From NCBI RefSeq assembly GCF_900187275.1, contig NZ_LT906458.1:540001-572000 (forward strand): 32,000 nucleotides of DNA, in the 5' to 3' direction. Shown here one piece after another: positions 30,391 to 32,000 of this stretch (its first letter is position 1; each line of letters opens with the position of its first letter). The notes below the pieces were generated by a model. The model did no database searches and had not been told where the DNA came from. It was given only the letters and a program-made list of their open reading frames with translations. The DNA comes from Pasteurella multocida (GTDB lineage Bacteria; Pseudomonadota; Gammaproteobacteria; Enterobacterales; Pasteurellaceae). The translations under genes and the position numbers were made by a program.

Positions 30391-30557
30391 TATTATGTCC
30401 TTTTATTGTGTTTGGTGATGTTTTTAATCTACACCATTCTTCATGGCTTGCAAGTCTTTATCTGAAAAAAAGATTAAGATTAAAGAAAAAACGGAACAGC
30501 AAATATTTAATCGGAACACAAGCAATGTGAGCAGGTCTATGTTAGAATCGAACAGAT

Positions 30558-30738
30558 AAAAAAACACCGCTCGATAGAGCGGTGTTTAACCAAAAGGGTC
30601 TAAAATAAATATACAGGAAGTGAAAATAAGTAACTTAAGATAAGTTACTCTGTTTGGTTTCCCAAACAATATGCAAACACAACATCATACTTAAGTCCGA
30701 AACTCTTAACCAGTAAGGAATTACCAATCATTAAGTAT
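30558..30738 (-). ncRNA. gcvB: GcvB small regulatory RNA (~181 nt)
   Basis: It is divergent from gcvA. The minus strand carries the 5' stem ATACTTAA...TTAAGTAT. This is followed by the R1 seed GATGTTGTGTTTGCA (reverse complement of 30672-30686) and the R2 block TTTTCACTTCCTGTATATTTA (contains the reverse complement of 30612-30622). The terminator is AACACCGCTC-TATC-GAGCGGTGTT plus U7 (A-run at 30558-30564). Confidence 0.85.
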
Positions 30739-30744
30739 GCGCGC

Positions 30745-30773
30745 ATTTTAGAGGGAAATAAGAGAGTGGACAA
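30745..30773 (-). promoter_or_regulatory. Putative gcvB promoter TTGTCC-17-TAAAAT
   Basis: -10 is the reverse complement of 30745-30750 and -35 is the reverse complement of 30768-30773. The predicted TSS is an A at 30738. Confidence 0.5.
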
Positions 30774-30861
30774 TCGATATTTTTTTATATGAAGCATTAG
30801 AAAAACTAATGTGAAGAAACACGCTATATTATAGATCAAAAAGTAAACATTGAGAAGAAAT

Positions 30862-31743
30862 ATGTATAAACGTTTGCCTCCCTTGAATTCATTGAAAGCA
30901 TTTGAATCCGCCGCTAGGCATTTAAGTTTCACAAAAGCTGCAGAAGAATTATTTGTGACACAAGCAGCAATCAGCCATCAAATAAAATTATTAGAAGATT
31001 TTTTAGGTATAACCTTATTCAAACGTAAAAATCGATCGCTGGAATTAACCGAATTAGGCAAAGCTTACTTCACGGATGTGAATAAAATTTTACGGCGATT
31101 GGTAGAAGCAACAGAGAAATTATTAGCCCAGAAAAATGATAAGCACTTAACGATTAGTGTCCCGCAGACCTTTGGTATGCAATGGTTAGTACCACATTTA
31201 AGTGAGTTTAATCAACGCTATCCGGAGATTGAAGTACGCTTAAAAGGGGTAGATCAGGATGAAGGGGTTTTAAATAAAGATATTGATATTGCTATTTATT
31301 ATGGGCAAGGAAACTGGGATAATCTGCAGGTTGAAAAGTTAGTGGAAGAAAATCTTCTTATTCTCGCTTCACCAAAACTCTTAGCGCACAATCCTATTCA
31401 CAGCAAAGAAGATTTGAAACATCATACCCTGATTCATATCCATACCCGTGATAATTGGCAGAACATGGCAAATTTTTTACAGTTAGAAGATTTAAATATT
31501 CAGCAAGGTCCCTTGTTTAGCCATACTTTTATGGCGTTGCAAGCCGCAATTCATGGTCAGGGGTTGGTTTTGGCGAATCGTTTGTTAGCCCAACAGGAAA
31601 TTGATCATGGTCACTTACAAATTGTGTTACCGACCAATTTACATGATCCTAAATCTTTTTATGTGGTGAATCATTTTGATGTAAATGATGAACGTATCCA
31701 AGCATTTCGCGCTTGGATCATTGAAACAATGAAACAAAAATAA
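30862..31743 (+). CDS. gcvA: Glycine cleavage system transcriptional activator (LysR family)
   Basis: [42 protein letters not shown] aligns with E. coli Gcv[43 protein letters not shown]. The ORF-track start at 30850 is a TTG extension. Confidence 0.92.
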   Translation: MYKRLPPLNSLKAFESAARHLSFTKAAEELFVTQAAISHQIKLLEDFLGITLFKRKNRSLELTELGKAYFTDVNKILRRLVEATEKLLAQKNDKHLTISVPQTFGMQWLVPHLSEFNQRYPEIEVRLKGVDQDEGVLNKDIDIAIYYGQGNWDNLQVEKLVEENLLILASPKLLAHNPIHSKEDLKHHTLIHIHTRDNWQNMANFLQLEDLNIQQGPLFSHTFMALQAAIHGQGLVLANRLLAQQEIDHGHLQIVLPTNLHDPKSFYVVNHFDVNDERIQAFRAWIIETMKQK

Positions 31744-32000
31744 TGAATAAATTAGTATTATATTGCCGTCCTGGCTTTGAAAAAGAACTTGCCGCTGAAA
31801 TCAGTGAAAAAGCGGCTGAACTGGGCATATTTGGTTTTGCCAGAGTAGAGGAAAATCAAGGCTATGTGATTTTTGAATGTTACCAAACCGACGATGCCGA
31901 TCGCCTAGCGCGTGAAATTCCTTTTAATCAACTGATTTTTGCCCGCCAAATGATCGTCGTATCTGACCTTTTAGCCGATCTCCCAGTTCAAGATCGCATT
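31743..32000 (+). CDS. rlmM: 23S rRNA (cytidine2498-2'-O)-methyltransferase RlmM, N-terminal 86 codons (runs off the window)
   Basis: [20 protein letters not shown]...[19 protein letters not shown]...LIFARQ matches E. coli RlmM/YgdE. The ATG overlaps the gcvA stop (TAATG). It is not in the ORF track because no stop falls in the window. Confidence 0.88.
   Translation, partial: MNKLVLYCRPGFEKELAAEISEKAAELGIFGFARVEENQGYVIFECYQTDDADRLAREIPFNQLIFARQMIVVSDLLADLPVQDRI

Noticed and set aside
30864-30879. PurR-box-like GTATAAACGTTTGCCT (perfect AAACGTTTGC right half) at codons 2-6 of gcvA.
   Set aside because: Only about 11/16 positions match the consensus. The sequence is constrained by the conserved GcvA N-terminus (Y)KRLPP, so it is likely a coding coincidence. 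It would be worth a glance only if PurR ChIP data exist.
30645-30932. 95-aa minus-strand ORF from the ORF track.
   Set aside because: It overlaps the GcvB sRNA, the gcvA/gcvB divergent promoter region and the first codons of gcvA. It has no RBS, its composition is low-complexity, and the conserved blocks are explained at the RNA level.

Overview
This is an AT-rich gammaproteobacterial chromosome segment, almost certainly Pasteurellaceae. The Haemophilus/Pasteurella-type uptake signal sequence core AAGTGCGGT occurs 11 times as a perfect 9-mer, twice as inverted pairs that form terminators. The window is densely packed core housekeeping and metabolism. In order: glgX (3' part)-glgC-glgA-glgP, ppc, purR, a 26-codon YnhF-like membrane ORF missing from the ORF track, a yfcH-like epimerase, argR, mdh, argS, yecM, a frameshifted small lipoprotein gene, the pcp/slyB lipoprotein, prfA-prmC-sirB1-kdsA, a 2-hydroxyacid dehydrogenase, lolC-lolD-lolE, an aroG-type DAHP synthase, codB (interrupted by an in-frame TAA)-codA, ilvE, the GcvB sRNA (hidden under a spurious 95-aa ORF), gcvA, and the 5' end of rlmM. 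I see no tRNA/rRNA, IS/transposase/integrase, prophage, CRISPR array, recognisable defence or toxin genes, or multi-gene cluster of unknown function. I therefore do not claim a novel multi-gene system. The observations worth a second look are small-scale. (1) An orphan CRP-site + promoter + intrinsic-terminator module between mdh and argS looks like an unannotated ~80-nt sRNA. (2) Two disrupted genes: codB by a nonsense codon and a PCP-related lipoprotein by a frameshift. (3) Operators readable directly from the sequence: a PurR box on the codB promoter, a TrpR-type ACTAGT-TT-ACTAGT operator upstream of the DAHP synthase, and phased TGCAT repeats at argR. (4) A GcvB-seed-like GU-rich hairpin upstream of lolC. 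All protein calls rest on motifs and remembered homolog sequences plus conserved gene order; no database search was possible.
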